Assembly: GCA_047633095.1 (NCBI GenBank) | Contig: JBLIEO010000002.1 | Location: forward strand, 21,424 to 85,423 | Direction of reading: 5' to 3' | Length of the DNA: 64,000 nucleotides | Source: Maribacter sp. | GTDB taxonomy: Bacteria; Bacteroidota; Bacteroidia; Flavobacteriales; Flavobacteriaceae | Shown here: positions 29,184 to 40,447 of the stretch, piece by piece | Numbering within the stretch: position 1 is the first letter of the stretch | How the letters are laid out: each line of letters opens with the position of its first letter | Notes under the pieces: generated by a model | Database searches by the model: none | Told to the model about the DNA's origin: nothing | The model's input: only the letters and a program-made list of their open reading frames with translations | Made by a program: the position numbers and the translations under genes

Positions 29184-30232
29184 CTAAAACTGTGTATTAT
29201 ACTTCACAGGGAATTGTGTAAGAATCTCTTCTTTGGTTTCCCCTTAGTTTTGTCTCAGGTCTATTTCAATACCTCTTGCGATGGTTGAGATAGGGACATC
29301 ATTAGTTGTCCCTTCAAATAGGTTTTCACCTGTTCTACTCATACGCTCCGTGGTATGGAATATCCTTGCAACAATAACATAAAAGGGAATTGTTGCCCAA
29401 ACAAAATATGTTCCAATAAGCGGACTTTGTTCTGCGATTTCAAATCCAATTTCCCCAAATTATGGGATGAGTGCAAGGGTAACAAAAGTACGAACACCCA
29501 CATAAAAAAATGATTTAAGGCGGCAAACTGTCTCGGGTAGGGGAAATTCTTTATCCGCTCACTTTGTCCCTGTAACGTAATAAGGCCTTAAGAAAGGGCT
29601 CCAGTTGCAAAAATGAAAATTCCTAAAGTATCCCCTGCTCTTTTAGCTTTTTTAAATGACGAGATTGTACGTATAAAAGTGCCGTTTATTATCCTTACTC
29701 ATAACAAATATATAGTCCTCTTTAGAAATATAATGCGTTATATCCTCCTCCAAAGTAGATTTCAATTCTGACAGCTTGTTATCCCATTCTTTATTTGTTC
29801 TGTGATTTACTGCAGATTCCCAAGTTTTTGGTGCTCTCATCGCCCGCCTTAGTGCTGTTATCCAAGCAATGTGCCTATAGGTAAATGTTTTTATTTCCTG
29901 CTGAATGTATTCAGCTGACATAGCCTTATCAGCATATTCATTGGAAATCATATCCTGAATGAACATCCCAAAAGTTCGGGGTATGTTTACGATACCACCC
30001 CACTTCTTTCTAGCTTCCCAAATTATATCATAAGCCGAGTTATTCTGAAATCCGACAACAAAAGGTACTGCTGTACCGATTAGAGCCAAAGGTGTCCAGG
30101 GAATTTTCAACCATGTTAATTCAAAAAAGTGACAAAGTGCCCCCCAAACAGAGATAATTATAATAAAAAGAAAAGTTTCAAAACGGTTCCACCACGCCTT
30201 TTGAAAAGCAGTATAGTTTTTTTGGTGTACAT
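29184..30232 (-). pseudogene. Bestrophin family channel, multiply disrupted
   Basis: VGFQNNSAYD..WEARK.WG, ERIKNFP, GEN.FEG..NDVPISTIARGIEIDL. Frameshift in the A7 run after the ATG at 30232, more frameshifts near 29680 and 29540, and in-frame stops (e.g. 29244-29246). Confidence 0.85.
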
Positions 30233-30371
30233 AAGGTGATAGTTTGATGTGTCTATTTAATAGCAACAGTCGTATTGCTCGAAAGTTACCCGATTTAGAC
30301 ATACAAATCAAACTAGATATTTTCTAACTACCGTTTTTCGTAGTCTTTTGTCGTCAAAATTTAGCACTTAA

Positions 30372-30389
30372 ACCAACCACTCGGTCGGT
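30372..30389. promoter_or_regulatory. Candidate TetR operator
   Basis: ACCAACC-ACTC-GGTCGGT imperfect palindrome. A related GACC-ACAT-GGTC lies at 30502-30513, just before the TetR start. Confidence 0.5.
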
Positions 30390-30536
30390 GCCTATTTTCA
30401 AATTATGGGTAGTACATCGATATTATGCACTTTAGCCGAGTATTTACATCTGTACATCTAAATATCCTGTTCCTAAATACAATATGAGGGTTCTTTATAC
30501 AGACCACATGGTCAGATTAACCTAAATCTTGAAATT

Positions 30537-31154
30537 ATGGAAAAATCATTAAAACGCATGGCTACCATGCAACGTATGCAAGCTAAAGGACTAGAGTTAT
30601 TCTATTCAAAAGGATATTATAATACAAGTGTAGATGATGTCTTAAAGGAGCTTTATATGAGCAAAGGCGCATTTTACTATCACTTTGATTCTAAAGAGGA
30701 CTTCTTTATAAAGATTGTTCAGAATCTACTGACTAGGAAGGTCTACAGCACTTTAATCGAACCTATTGAAGGTTATGATAATCCTATTCGGAATATTACC
30801 CAATGTTTTGAAGATGCTCTAGAAAGTGCCGTTAATAACGAGATGGATTTTGGTTGTGTTCTTAGTAAGTTTTTGTCCGAATTTAATGGGCGAAACGAAA
30901 CCATTATGATGTATCTAAACGACATTCTTTCTATCTGGGAAGTAAATCTTATTTCTACCTTACAAAAAGGAAAGTTAAATGGCCATTTAGACCGTCATGT
31001 AGATTGTGAGGCCGTTACCACCTACCTAATAAGTGCCTACTTTGGTGTACGAACACTAATGGCGGGAACTTCACCTAGAGCTAGAAAATATCATTTTATC
31101 GGTCAGCTTAAACAATATTTTAGGTTAATCGAGGCCAAAAACGTTACGGTTTAG
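30537..31154 (+). CDS. TetR/AcrR family transcriptional regulator
   Basis: KGYYNTSVDDV...SKGAFYYHFDSKEDF HTH, GC motif in the C-terminal domain. Confidence 0.95.
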   Translation: MEKSLKRMATMQRMQAKGLELFYSKGYYNTSVDDVLKELYMSKGAFYYHFDSKEDFFIKIVQNLLTRKVYSTLIEPIEGYDNPIRNITQCFEDALESAVNNEMDFGCVLSKFLSEFNGRNETIMMYLNDILSIWEVNLISTLQKGKLNGHLDRHVDCEAVTTYLISAYFGVRTLMAGTSPRARKYHFIGQLKQYFRLIEAKNVTV

Positions 31155-31158
31155 TTTC

Positions 31159-32238
31159 TTAGAAACGCAATACGTCCTTTATTTTTTGAATTACTCGTTC
31201 CGGGGCTATGGTTTCCATAGCTAGGTCATAACCCTCAGGAAATCTATTGCCATAAACCGAAGTAGGTATCAAAGGATACTTTTCTCTATTGGATAGTAGT
31301 GCATTTGCTAAAGGTTGTCCAAATGGATAAAACCCAGCATATGGATGGGTTACACCCCAAAGTGTTATTGTTGAAATCCCATACATGGCAGCTAAATGCG
31401 CGTTGCCACTGTCCATTGCTACCATAAGGTCCAAGTTAGAAATAAGGGCTAGTTCTTCTTTAAAGTTAATCTTACCTACAACACTTACACAATGCTCAAG
31501 TTCTTGCTCCCATACTTCCAATTGTTTCTTTTCCGCACTACCACCGCCAAATAATAAAATTTGATACCCTCCCAAGGAATTCAATTGTTCTAAAACCTCT
31601 TTCATAAGGTGCAAGGGATACATTTTTCCAGAAAAGGCAGCAAACGGAGCTACACCGATATAGTCTTTACCCTGCAAGCCAAGGGGTTGCTTCAACCTAG
31701 GTGATACTTGCAACCTAGGAAGTATATTCCTGTTTTCTAGATTTAATGGAAAACCTAGCGCTGCAAATACACCCGCATAACGTAAATGCATTGGTTTTAA
31801 AGGTTCGAATACTTTGTTTTCAGTGGCCGTAAGTGCCTTCTTTTCCTTTCTTGCTTTATCCACCTGTATAAACGGAATTCCTTGAAACTTAAAAAATCGT
31901 TTTAAAATAGAACTTCTAAGTACGTTATGAAGGTCGGCAACACTATCAATTCCAGTATATTTTAGCTCTTTATATAGCTTCCAAAGACCTAAAACACCCT
32001 TATGCCTCCCCTTTACCTCAACCTTATGAATCGTTACATTTGGCAGCTGTGAAAGGATAGGTTCGAAAAATGGTTTGGTAAGTACTGTTATTTTTATGTG
32101 AGGATATTTTTGGGTCATAGCAACCAGCACAGGAACGGTCATGGCGACGTCTCCCATAGCAGAAAGGCGAATAACTAACAAATGTTGCGCGTTCCCATTG
32201 TAAGGTTTCAAAGTAGTGCTTGAACTTGAATCCATCAT
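31159..32238 (-). CDS. Glycosyltransferase family 9 (heptosyltransferase-like)
   Basis: IRLSAMGDV, DLH, DSGNAHLAA, LWGVTHP. Confidence 0.92.
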   Translation of the reverse strand: MMDSSSSTTLKPYNGNAQHLLVIRLSAMGDVAMTVPVLVAMTQKYPHIKITVLTKPFFEPILSQLPNVTIHKVEVKGRHKGVLGLWKLYKELKYTGIDSVADLHNVLRSSILKRFFKFQGIPFIQVDKARKEKKALTATENKVFEPLKPMHLRYAGVFAALGFPLNLENRNILPRLQVSPRLKQPLGLQGKDYIGVAPFAAFSGKMYPLHLMKEVLEQLNSLGGYQILLFGGGSAEKKQLEVWEQELEHCVSVVGKINFKEELALISNLDLMVAMDSGNAHLAAMYGISTITLWGVTHPYAGFYPFGQPLANALLSNREKYPLIPTSVYGNRFPEGYDLAMETIAPERVIQKIKDVLRF

Positions 32239-32298
32239 TCAAAAAATTAAAACTATTATGAATTAGTAGTACCAAAAAATAAAGCAACTTGTATTAGA

Positions 32299-32910
32299 CT
32301 ACTTCTCTTTCGTTGTCTTCCTTAAAACTGGATTTAACTCATCATCATTATACATCTTCATTTGCTTATAGACCTTCATGTATTTATTTCCTGCTTCTAT
32401 ATCGGTCAAAAGCTGATTAATTGCCGTAGACAAATCTACACGCTGTTCCAATAATATAGCTAGCTTCATCTTACACTTTTCCAAATGTTCCGCAGAAGCA
32501 TCTATACGGATGGCCTCTTCGTTCATATGATATATTTTTAAGGCCAAAATAGAGAGCCGATCAATGGCCCATGCAGGACTTTCAGTATTTATGTTGGCAT
32601 TTTTCTCAATTTCTACCGATTGGTATTTGTTTAAGAAATAACTGTCTATAAATTCTACTAAATCTGTTCTATCTTGGTTACTTGCGTCAATCTTGCGTTT
32701 CAAATTCAATGCCGCACTAGGTACAATATGCGGGTCACGGATAATATCTTCGTAATGCCACTGTACAGTGTCTATCCAGTTTTTTCGGTAGAGTAAATGT
32801 TTAATACTATCCTTTACATATGGGTTGGAAAACGATTGGTACACATCATCCTTTATATGATACTTTTCTATACTCTCCTGAAAAATATCGATTGCAAGTT
32901 TACTGAACAT
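32299..32910 (-). CDS. DUF4254 family protein
   Basis: QWHYEDIIR, IDASNQDRTD, ESPAWAIDRLSILALKIYHM, YKQMKMYND. TATATTTG -7 element at 32926-32933. Confidence 0.85.
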   Translation of the reverse strand: MFSKLAIDIFQESIEKYHIKDDVYQSFSNPYVKDSIKHLLYRKNWIDTVQWHYEDIIRDPHIVPSAALNLKRKIDASNQDRTDLVEFIDSYFLNKYQSVEIEKNANINTESPAWAIDRLSILALKIYHMNEEAIRIDASAEHLEKCKMKLAILLEQRVDLSTAINQLLTDIEAGNKYMKVYKQMKMYNDDELNPVLRKTTKEK

Positions 32911-32940
32911 AAGACTACTTTTTTACAAATATAATTCTAA

Positions 32941-33879
32941 TTACCCAAGCCATATTTTGGCTATAAATACAAGTAATGGTACTGCAACACTTAAGACAAG
33001 TGCCAACTCCAAAAGATTTTTCTTTTTTATGGATTCTATATAATTACAAATAAAAATAACAGAAGGAAAAAAGGTAATCATAATAGCATAGGTGCTTTCT
33101 GTAAGCACCAATAAATTTACCAGCAACCCTAGAACGAATGAAAGGGACACAAGCCTAATGGTAATAATTTTACCTACGCCGCCTTTTCCTAAGGCTAAAA
33201 ATGACCCTAATGCAAGGATAAGATTAATGATAATATACACACTTACCTTAATACTAGAATCCCATTTGGGAGGGTAAATAGCAGCAAAATTAATTTCGAA
33301 ACTATAGTGTTGTATTAAATAATCAGTATTGTTAGCTAATATCAAACCCGTAAACATTATGATGAAAAATGAAAAGCTAGCGGACAAAATCACCAGCCAA
33401 TTCCTGATATTCTTAGGTTCATAAATATAAATAGTAACAAAGACCAGAACCAGATACACTATAGCCCAGTCATAGAATAAACTAGCAGCAAGAACCCAAA
33501 GCGTGGCATCAAAAACTTTTGACTTTATCTCCTTTAAGGACTTTATGCTCAACAATCTTCTGGTCGCAAGCAATAGAAACAAACTACATAAGATGGCGTT
33601 ACTATCTGATAATGTTTCTGGAAAAACAACAAACAAGAGCGTGTAAAAAAATATCGCATACGAATTTGCCCCAGTGAGCTTGTTCCTGTTTACAATGAAA
33701 TCAACAACAAAAACACTGAACATAAGAATACTCAAAACAACTATTTCTACCGCCATTTGGTTGGTAGAAAAATCGGTCTCGAAAAGGTAAACTTGCACCG
33801 TCCAATAGAAAAGGAATAAAAAACCTAGTAAAATTATAAAATTTATAGGTTTTGTTTTTCCAAAAATGCTTGAAATCAT
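32941..33879 (-). CDS. Conserved multi-pass membrane protein (DUF6427-like)
   Basis: About nine TM segments, MISSIFGKTKPINF start. Confidence 0.7.
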   Translation of the reverse strand: MISSIFGKTKPINFIILLGFLFLFYWTVQVYLFETDFSTNQMAVEIVVLSILMFSVFVVDFIVNRNKLTGANSYAIFFYTLLFVVFPETLSDSNAILCSLFLLLATRRLLSIKSLKEIKSKVFDATLWVLAASLFYDWAIVYLVLVFVTIYIYEPKNIRNWLVILSASFSFFIIMFTGLILANNTDYLIQHYSFEINFAAIYPPKWDSSIKVSVYIIINLILALGSFLALGKGGVGKIITIRLVSLSFVLGLLVNLLVLTESTYAIMITFFPSVIFICNYIESIKKKNLLELALVLSVAVPLLVFIAKIWLG

Positions 33880-33920
33880 CTACGATTTTTATATTTTTGT
33901 ACTGTAAATATAAGAATAAG

Positions 33921-34142
33921 ATGAAGTCATTATTTGAAGGTATCGCTGATTTATTTGTAAATGTATTATTTACACCGTTTGATGTTTTACGATTTATGGA
34001 AAGCTGGACACTCTCCAATAGCATAAACTGGTTTTTTATGTTGATTGGTTCTGCCGCTTTTATTTATTGGATGTTACAGTTGAAAAAATACAACGATACG
34101 GGTGAAGAAGACAAGTCTGTTACTTCTCATTCTTATCTATAA
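33921..34142 (+). CDS. Small membrane protein (DUF6341-like)
   Basis: ATG at 33921 after TATTTTTG (33892-33899); ends TSHSYL. Sits next to purD. Confidence 0.75.
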   Translation: MKSLFEGIADLFVNVLFTPFDVLRFMESWTLSNSINWFFMLIGSAAFIYWMLQLKKYNDTGEEDKSVTSHSYL

Positions 34143-34214
34143 GACGCTTTGTTATACAATTTAAAAACAACGGTTACTTTGGTTTAAATTACCAATTAAA
34201 CGGTGCTTTATTTG

Positions 34215-35486
34215 TTACAGGTCGAATCCGATATCCTTTCTGTAATTCATACCCTCAAACGAAAGTTTCCCTACGTTCTTATACGATATTTTCAAGGCTG
34301 ATTTAAAATCTTCTCCAAAAGAAGTGATGGCAATCACTCGACCACCATTCGTTACTATTTTTCCATCCTTAACCACTGTGCCAGCCTGAAATACGAGGGA
34401 ATCCGTAATTGTTTCTATTCCTGTGATTTCCTTTCCTTTTTCGTAGCTTCCAGGATATCCACCAGAAACCGTCATTACCGTTGTTGCGCTACGCGGATCA
34501 ATTTCTAGGTTAATGGCATTCAAAGTTCCATTTGCAACGGCTTGAAACAACTCCACCAAATCATTTTTAATACGCGGCAGTACTACTTCTGTCTCTGGAT
34601 CACCCAATCGTACATTATATTCAATCACCTTGGGGTCATCCCCTACTTTTATAAGCCCAATGAATATAAAACCTTTATACGGCAGGTTATCCTTTTTAAG
34701 CCCTTCTACGGTAGGTTTTACTATTAGCTGCTCTATTTTATTCATTAGCTCCTCATCGGCAAAGGGAACAGGCGAAATAGCCCCCATACCCCCTGTATTG
34801 AGTCCGGCATCACCTTCACCGATGCGTTTATAGTCCTTAGCCGTTGGTAAGACTTTATAATTTTCACCGTCGGTTAGCACAAAAACACTCAATTCTATGC
34901 CATCCAAAAACTCTTCGATGACCACCGTGGAACTTGCTGATCCGAATTTCTCATCTACGAGCATCGCTGTAAGTTCGGTCTTGGCCTCTGCTAAATCTCT
35001 AAGGATAACCACTCCCTTTCCTGCGGCGAGGCCATCTGCCTTTAACACATAAGGGGGGGTAAGTGTTTCCAAAAATTCATAACCTTTAGTCACCGTTTCA
35101 GAAGTGAAGCTCTCGTAACGTGCTGTTGGAATATGGTGGCGCATCATAAACTCCTTTGCAAACTCCTTACTGCCTTCTAATGTAGCGGCCATTTTCTGTG
35201 GGCCGATTACGGGAATAGCCGCTAATTTTTTATCTTTTAAGAAATAATCATGTATTCCATTTACTAAAGGATCTTCAGGGCCTACAATGACCATATCTAT
35301 AACAGTATCCAATACAAATTTTCCGATAGCGTCAAAATCATTTACACCAATCGTTAAATTTTCTGCGATGCTTGCTGTCCCAGCATTCCCTGGAGTCACA
35401 AAAAGTTGTGTTAGCTTGTTACTCTGTTTTAGTTTCCAAGCCAATGCATGTTCACGGCCTCCAGAGCCAAGTATAAGAATGTTCAT
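34215..35486 (-). CDS. purD: Phosphoribosylamine-glycine ligase
   Basis: GSGGREHA, LEGSK, KADGLAAGKGV, NTGGMG, RLGDPE, TNGGRV. Confidence 0.99.
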   Translation of the reverse strand: MNILILGSGGREHALAWKLKQSNKLTQLFVTPGNAGTASIAENLTIGVNDFDAIGKFVLDTVIDMVIVGPEDPLVNGIHDYFLKDKKLAAIPVIGPQKMAATLEGSKEFAKEFMMRHHIPTARYESFTSETVTKGYEFLETLTPPYVLKADGLAAGKGVVILRDLAEAKTELTAMLVDEKFGSASSTVVIEEFLDGIELSVFVLTDGENYKVLPTAKDYKRIGEGDAGLNTGGMGAISPVPFADEELMNKIEQLIVKPTVEGLKKDNLPYKGFIFIGLIKVGDDPKVIEYNVRLGDPETEVVLPRIKNDLVELFQAVANGTLNAINLEIDPRSATTVMTVSGGYPGSYEKGKEITGIETITDSLVFQAGTVVKDGKIVTNGGRVIAITSFGEDFKSALKISYKNVGKLSFEGMNYRKDIGFDL

Positions 35487-35534
35487 TTGTTTTTAAATTG
35501 TGGCAAACATAGTACTTGCCTTGCTAATAATAAA

Positions 35535-36512
35535 TTATCTATTGGAGAAATCTCGATGTTCTTTCTTTTGTAAGTCTCGCTTTGTGAGTGACTTAAAATA
35601 ATCGTATACGATTTTTAATCCTTCCGAACGTTCTACTTTTGGTTCCCATCCTAGTAGTTCCATTGCATTAGAAATATCCGGTTGCCGTTGCGTAGGATCA
35701 TCAGTTGGTAGTGGTTTATATACTACCTTCTGATCTGAGCCTGTTAAAGAAATTATCTCCTCCGCAAACTCCTTAATGGTGGTTTCATGAGGATTTCCGA
35801 TGTTAACAGGATCAGAACAATCGCTAAATAACAATCGGTATATACCTTCTACCTGGTCGTCAATATAACAGAACGAACGTGTTTGAGAGCCATCACCGAA
35901 TACGGTTAAGTCCTCCCCTCTTAAGGCTTGACCCATAAATGCTGGAACAACACGACCATCATTAAGTCTCATTCTGGGTCCGTAGGTATTAAAAATGCGC
36001 ACTATGCGTGTTTCTAAACCGTGAAACCTATGATACGCCATAGTAATGGACTCCATAAAGCGTTTTGCCTCATCATATACACCTCTAGGCCCTACAGGAT
36101 TCACATTTCCAAAATAATCCTCTGTCTGAGGGTGCACTAAGGGATCACCATAGACCTCAGACGTAGAAGCGACCAAAATGCGTGCTCCTTTATCCTTTGC
36201 GAGTCCTAATAAATTCAAAGTTCCTAAAGAACCTACTTTCAATGTCTGTATTGGTATTTTCAAATAATCTATGGGGCTTGCGGGAGAGGCGAAATGCAAG
36301 ATGTAATCCAGCTTACCGGAAACATGCACAAATTTGGATACATCATGATGATGAAACTCAAAGTTTTCTAAGGGGAAAAGATGGGCTATGTTTTTTAAAT
36401 CCCCTGTAATTAAATTATCCATGCCAATGACATGAAAACCTTCTGCGATAAAACGATCACATAAATGTGATCCTAAAAATCCTGCCGCACCTGTTATTAA
36501 GATTCTTTTCAT
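35535..36512 (-). CDS. UDP-glucuronic acid decarboxylase (UDP-xylose synthase) family
   Basis: [41 protein letters not shown]. Confidence 0.93.
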   Translation of the reverse strand: MKRILITGAAGFLGSHLCDRFIAEGFHVIGMDNLITGDLKNIAHLFPLENFEFHHHDVSKFVHVSGKLDYILHFASPASPIDYLKIPIQTLKVGSLGTLNLLGLAKDKGARILVASTSEVYGDPLVHPQTEDYFGNVNPVGPRGVYDEAKRFMESITMAYHRFHGLETRIVRIFNTYGPRMRLNDGRVVPAFMGQALRGEDLTVFGDGSQTRSFCYIDDQVEGIYRLLFSDCSDPVNIGNPHETTIKEFAEEIISLTGSDQKVVYKPLPTDDPTQRQPDISNAMELLGWEPKVERSEGLKIVYDYFKSLTKRDLQKKEHRDFSNR

Positions 36513-36517
36513 ATTTT

Positions 36518-37870
36518 TCAATAAGCCTTTTCCTCACCTTTTAAGGCATTAACAATAGTTTGCACAATAACTTTTAAATCTAAGAAGAAAGACCAGTTTT
36601 CAACATAAAATATATCAAATTTAATTCGATTTTGAATATCGCTATCACGTTCAATTTCTCCCCTATACCCTCTTATTTGAGCTAAGCCGGTTATACCAGG
36701 TTTTACAAAATGCCGCAGCATGTATTTATCCACCCTATTAGCGTACTCATCGGTATGTTTAAGCATATGGGGTCTGGGGCCAACAACAGACATGTTGCCA
36801 AATAATACATTATAAAATTGTGGTAACTCGTCTATACTGGTTTTCCTGATGAATTTACCAATATTAGTAACACGCATATCATTCTTTCCTGCCTGATGGA
36901 CGTCCGCATTTGCATTTACAGTCATAGATCGAAATTTAAAGCAATGAAACTCATTATTGTCAAAACCTGTTCGTTTTTGAATAAAGAACACAGGCCCTTT
37001 AGATTCCAATCGTAGTAACAAGGCTAACAATGGTCCTAGCCAAATTAAAATTCCAAATATAACAAGTAACGAAAAACAGATGTCGAATGTTCTTTTCAAT
37101 ATGGCATTTAACGGGGTGTGTAAAGGGATATCCCGTAGGGACAAAATGGGTAAGTAATCATAATACTCGAACTTGAGTTTCTTGGCAAAAATATTCTTGT
37201 TGTCAGGAAGGAATTTTAGTGTTTTTAGATTATTGTCTGCAAAATTTATAAATGCATTAATTTTCTTGTTGGACATTTCTGAAACAGAGCAATAAATTTC
37301 ATCGATATCATGGTTTGCGATAAACATAAAACAAGACATTACATCGAACCCTTTACCTTTCGCATCAAACTGTTTAACAAACTTATATCCGTATTCTTCA
37401 CGATCATTAAATACCTGTATTAATTGATCCGTTTTGTTATTTTTTCCAATGATGACAACTCGTCTGATGTTCCCTTTCCATAAACCTCTATATTGCATCA
37501 GCAATATATAGTTTAGAAATTTTAAGAATGTTACACCAACAAAAACCAAAACAAAGAATTGACCCAACGCCAACCTACTAATCAACGGTTGTTTAAAAAA
37601 ACCAATATAGGCGTAAAGAATAAGAAAAAAGAAAACAAACTGAGTGAATATTTTTCTGAGTATGGCAACTACTTTAGAGTATCGATGTACTTCATAAAAC
37701 TGATTCTTAAAGGATAGAACAATCCAAGTGACCGTAATATAACTGTGAAACAAGATTGGGTTTTGAAAATTTATAGGAAGGAAAAAAGTAAACAGATTTA
37801 CCACCATTAAATCCATAATATAGGATAAGGGTGTTATAAATCCTGAATATCTACCTTGTTTAAATAACAT
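36518..37870 (-). CDS. Initiating undecaprenyl-phosphate sugar phosphotransferase (WcaJ-like)
   Basis: [36 protein letters not shown]; four N-terminal TMs. Confidence 0.93.
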   Translation of the reverse strand: MLFKQGRYSGFITPLSYIMDLMVVNLFTFFLPINFQNPILFHSYITVTWIVLSFKNQFYEVHRYSKVVAILRKIFTQFVFFFLILYAYIGFFKQPLISRLALGQFFVLVFVGVTFLKFLNYILLMQYRGLWKGNIRRVVIIGKNNKTDQLIQVFNDREEYGYKFVKQFDAKGKGFDVMSCFMFIANHDIDEIYCSVSEMSNKKINAFINFADNNLKTLKFLPDNKNIFAKKLKFEYYDYLPILSLRDIPLHTPLNAILKRTFDICFSLLVIFGILIWLGPLLALLLRLESKGPVFFIQKRTGFDNNEFHCFKFRSMTVNANADVHQAGKNDMRVTNIGKFIRKTSIDELPQFYNVLFGNMSVVGPRPHMLKHTDEYANRVDKYMLRHFVKPGITGLAQIRGYRGEIERDSDIQNRIKFDIFYVENWSFFLDLKVIVQTIVNALKGEEKAY

Positions 37871-37883
37871 ATAAAAAAGCTGA

Positions 37884-38702
37884 TTATTTAAGTTGACTTA
37901 ATATTTTATCATTTATCTTTCTTCTTTGTTCATCAAAGAGCCATCCCCATTTATTAAAATACTGAATTGAAGAACTCAAATGATACTTTAATAATTTCTT
38001 ATTATTATAAGATCCTTTACCGTGTTTATGGATAATTGAGCAAAATGGGTAATATATGGTTTTGAAATGTACGTGGATTCTTCTCACCAAATCAATGTCC
38101 TCCATATACATAAAGTATCGATTGTCATACCCTTCCACTTTATCAAGTACCACCGATTTAAGGAGCAAGAAACAACCAATAAAAAATGGCACCTCAATAG
38201 GATTCTTCAAATCAAAATTCCTAAGTTCAAACTTCTGATTTAATCTATCCTTTATTGAATTAATTGGCACGAACCTTCTAAATATTAAATAAAACGGAGT
38301 GGGTAAAAGCCTAGCTGTGTATTGCAAACTCCCATCAGGGTTTAAAACCTTTGGAGCCATCAAACCTACATCTTCATTGATGTCCATATAATGAATCATC
38401 TCCTCTAATATCCGAGGCTTAAAGTCTACATCTGAATTTAAAATTAAATGGTACTCTGAATTTTCTTTAGCAAAATCGATTGCAATATTATGCCCCTTTC
38501 CAAAACCCAAATTTTCACCTGTGTAAATATACTCTACACCTATATGTTGTTTAATTACTTCTTCAGAATTTCTATTAGGTGAATTGTCAATAAAAAAAAG
38601 CTTTGACTTTAAACTTGTCTTTGAAATAATCTCAATGATGTTTAAAATCTCATCCTCATCTGTATTGAACAATACAACGGAAACTGAAAGGTTATAGGTC
38701 AT
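37884..38702 (-). CDS. GT2 glycosyltransferase (putative rhamnosyltransferase)
   Basis: NLGFGKGHN, LNSD, GCFLL, YFMYMEDIDL. Confidence 0.85.
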   Translation of the reverse strand: MTYNLSVSVVLFNTDEDEILNIIEIISKTSLKSKLFFIDNSPNRNSEEVIKQHIGVEYIYTGENLGFGKGHNIAIDFAKENSEYHLILNSDVDFKPRILEEMIHYMDINEDVGLMAPKVLNPDGSLQYTARLLPTPFYLIFRRFVPINSIKDRLNQKFELRNFDLKNPIEVPFFIGCFLLLKSVVLDKVEGYDNRYFMYMEDIDLVRRIHVHFKTIYYPFCSIIHKHGKGSYNNKKLLKYHLSSSIQYFNKWGWLFDEQRRKINDKILSQLK

Positions 38703-40447
38703 GGTTGATTATCTAATTCATTAGGAATTCTACTTATAGGCCCTCCTGTTAGTAAAGCAAATAAAAAACATAAAACAAACAGAGGTTTTGATGTTTGTAA
38801 TATAGATTCTGTTAAAAATACATAACAAAGACCAAATATAAATAAAACCGTTGTCTTGCTTTTATAACGAACAGTTTGTTTTAAATATACCGCAATGATA
38901 AGAACTAATGCACTGGTTCCGATAAAACCTATTTCTAATAAAAAAGTTAGGAATTGATTATGAGAATGGTTCAAAATAGCAGGTATAGCCGTGTTTACTT
39001 TTTCCATAAAGCCTCTTTGATGTAATACCTGATCCGAACTTCCCAGACCATACCCAAGAAAAGGCTTTTCTTTGATGGCCTGCCAACTAACTGACCAAAG
39101 TCCTTGCCTTGTATCGTCAATACTTCCTATATATCTGAACAGTAAGATTAAAACACTTAAAAACACTGCTGTATTTATCCATATTCTCGACCTAGATTTA
39201 ATCTGTAAAGCTAAATTGGCCAAAAATACCAAGTAAATTAATAAGGAAATACGTGCACCCACAAGAAGTATGGTACTTATAAGTAAAACGTGATAAGCAA
39301 CAATGAATCCTTTAAACTTCTTTTGAAAACTTAATAGATTATTCACGAACAACAAACCAACAAGACCAAAAAAGGTAAGAAACACAGCATGGTCATAGTA
39401 AAGCCATTCCCTAATGTTACCGCTATAAGTTTTAATATCAAGAAAGTATTCTAAAACTCCCAATCCAAAAATATCGTGAAAAGAGAACAAAAAACTAACA
39501 CCAGTTGTTACGAGCACAGCATTTAATACCAGCATAAAATAAATATAAAAGCCCGTAATCTTCTGCCTATTAAACCTCAAAGTAGCAATAATGAAATAGA
39601 AAAGGACCAAAGCCAATTGATGATCTATAACTTTTAATGAAGTAGCTCTGCCAAAAATTAATAAAAGTAAAAAGAGAGCTAATAATAAAAGGGCGTTAGG
39701 GTTCTTAAAATCAAACCTTTTCTCTCGAACAGCTAAAATTATTCCATAGGCGCAAATAAGGAGGGTGATAAAAGTAGTCCATGCTATTTTTAAGGGGATA
39801 CAGAATATGAAAACCATACACAGTACTTCTATTACGCCGGATTTTGACACTGAATACCATCGTTTCAAATTAAACCCTATAAAAATCAAAAAAGGACCTA
39901 ACAACGTCACCCATTTAAGTGGATGATGCTCTGCAATTATCTTTACCAAAGGGTCAAAAACTATATAAGGATCAAAAGGTCTTGTTAAAGGATTAAAACT
40001 AATTTTACCCTCTTTTTTATCCAGTTTTACAGCGGCGCTATGCAATATTACGTGGGTGAACAGTTCTTTTTGGCTAAGCACCTTTGAATGATTACTAAAG
40101 ACAATAGCCATACTATCTAAGATAATCGCAGTGTTCAATGTATCGTTCCCAAAATCCAACCTAAAATTGGTCGGAATGCTATCAATATTAGAAAAATTGA
40201 AATTCAATACCCTATTAGAAGTATTCTCGGCATCAATTTTATATTCTGAAGTGAATTTATCAGAAAAGGAATAGTAAAGTGTTGAATTAAAATCGGAATC
40301 GATAGGCAGATAAAATTTTATACCCTTAAAATCGGAAAGAACTGACTGTTTAACTGTGCGTACTAAAAGTATATTTAGAATTACTCCTAAAACCATAGCA
40401 CCTAGTAAAGAGTATAATTCTCGGGTTATACTGCGTTTAATTATCAT
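38699..40447 (-). CDS. O-antigen ligase (WaaL/Wzy_C) family with extra N-terminal domain
   Basis: GARISL, R..LW, KPFLGYGLG, HSHNQFL..LLEIG. ATGA overlap at 40444-40447. Confidence 0.8.
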   Translation of the reverse strand: MIIKRSITRELYSLLGAMVLGVILNILLVRTVKQSVLSDFKGIKFYLPIDSDFNSTLYYSFSDKFTSEYKIDAENTSNRVLNFNFSNIDSIPTNFRLDFGNDTLNTAIILDSMAIVFSNHSKVLSQKELFTHVILHSAAVKLDKKEGKISFNPLTRPFDPYIVFDPLVKIIAEHHPLKWVTLLGPFLIFIGFNLKRWYSVSKSGVIEVLCMVFIFCIPLKIAWTTFITLLICAYGIILAVREKRFDFKNPNALLLLALFLLLLIFGRATSLKVIDHQLALVLFYFIIATLRFNRQKITGFYIYFMLVLNAVLVTTGVSFLFSFHDIFGLGVLEYFLDIKTYSGNIREWLYYDHAVFLTFFGLVGLLFVNNLLSFQKKFKGFIVAYHVLLISTILLVGARISLLIYLVFLANLALQIKSRSRIWINTAVFLSVLILLFRYIGSIDDTRQGLWSVSWQAIKEKPFLGYGLGSSDQVLHQRGFMEKVNTAIPAILNHSHNQFLTFLLEIGFIGTSALVLIIAVYLKQTVRYKSKTTVLFIFGLCYVFLTESILQTSKPLFVLCFLFALLTGGPISRIPNELDNQP

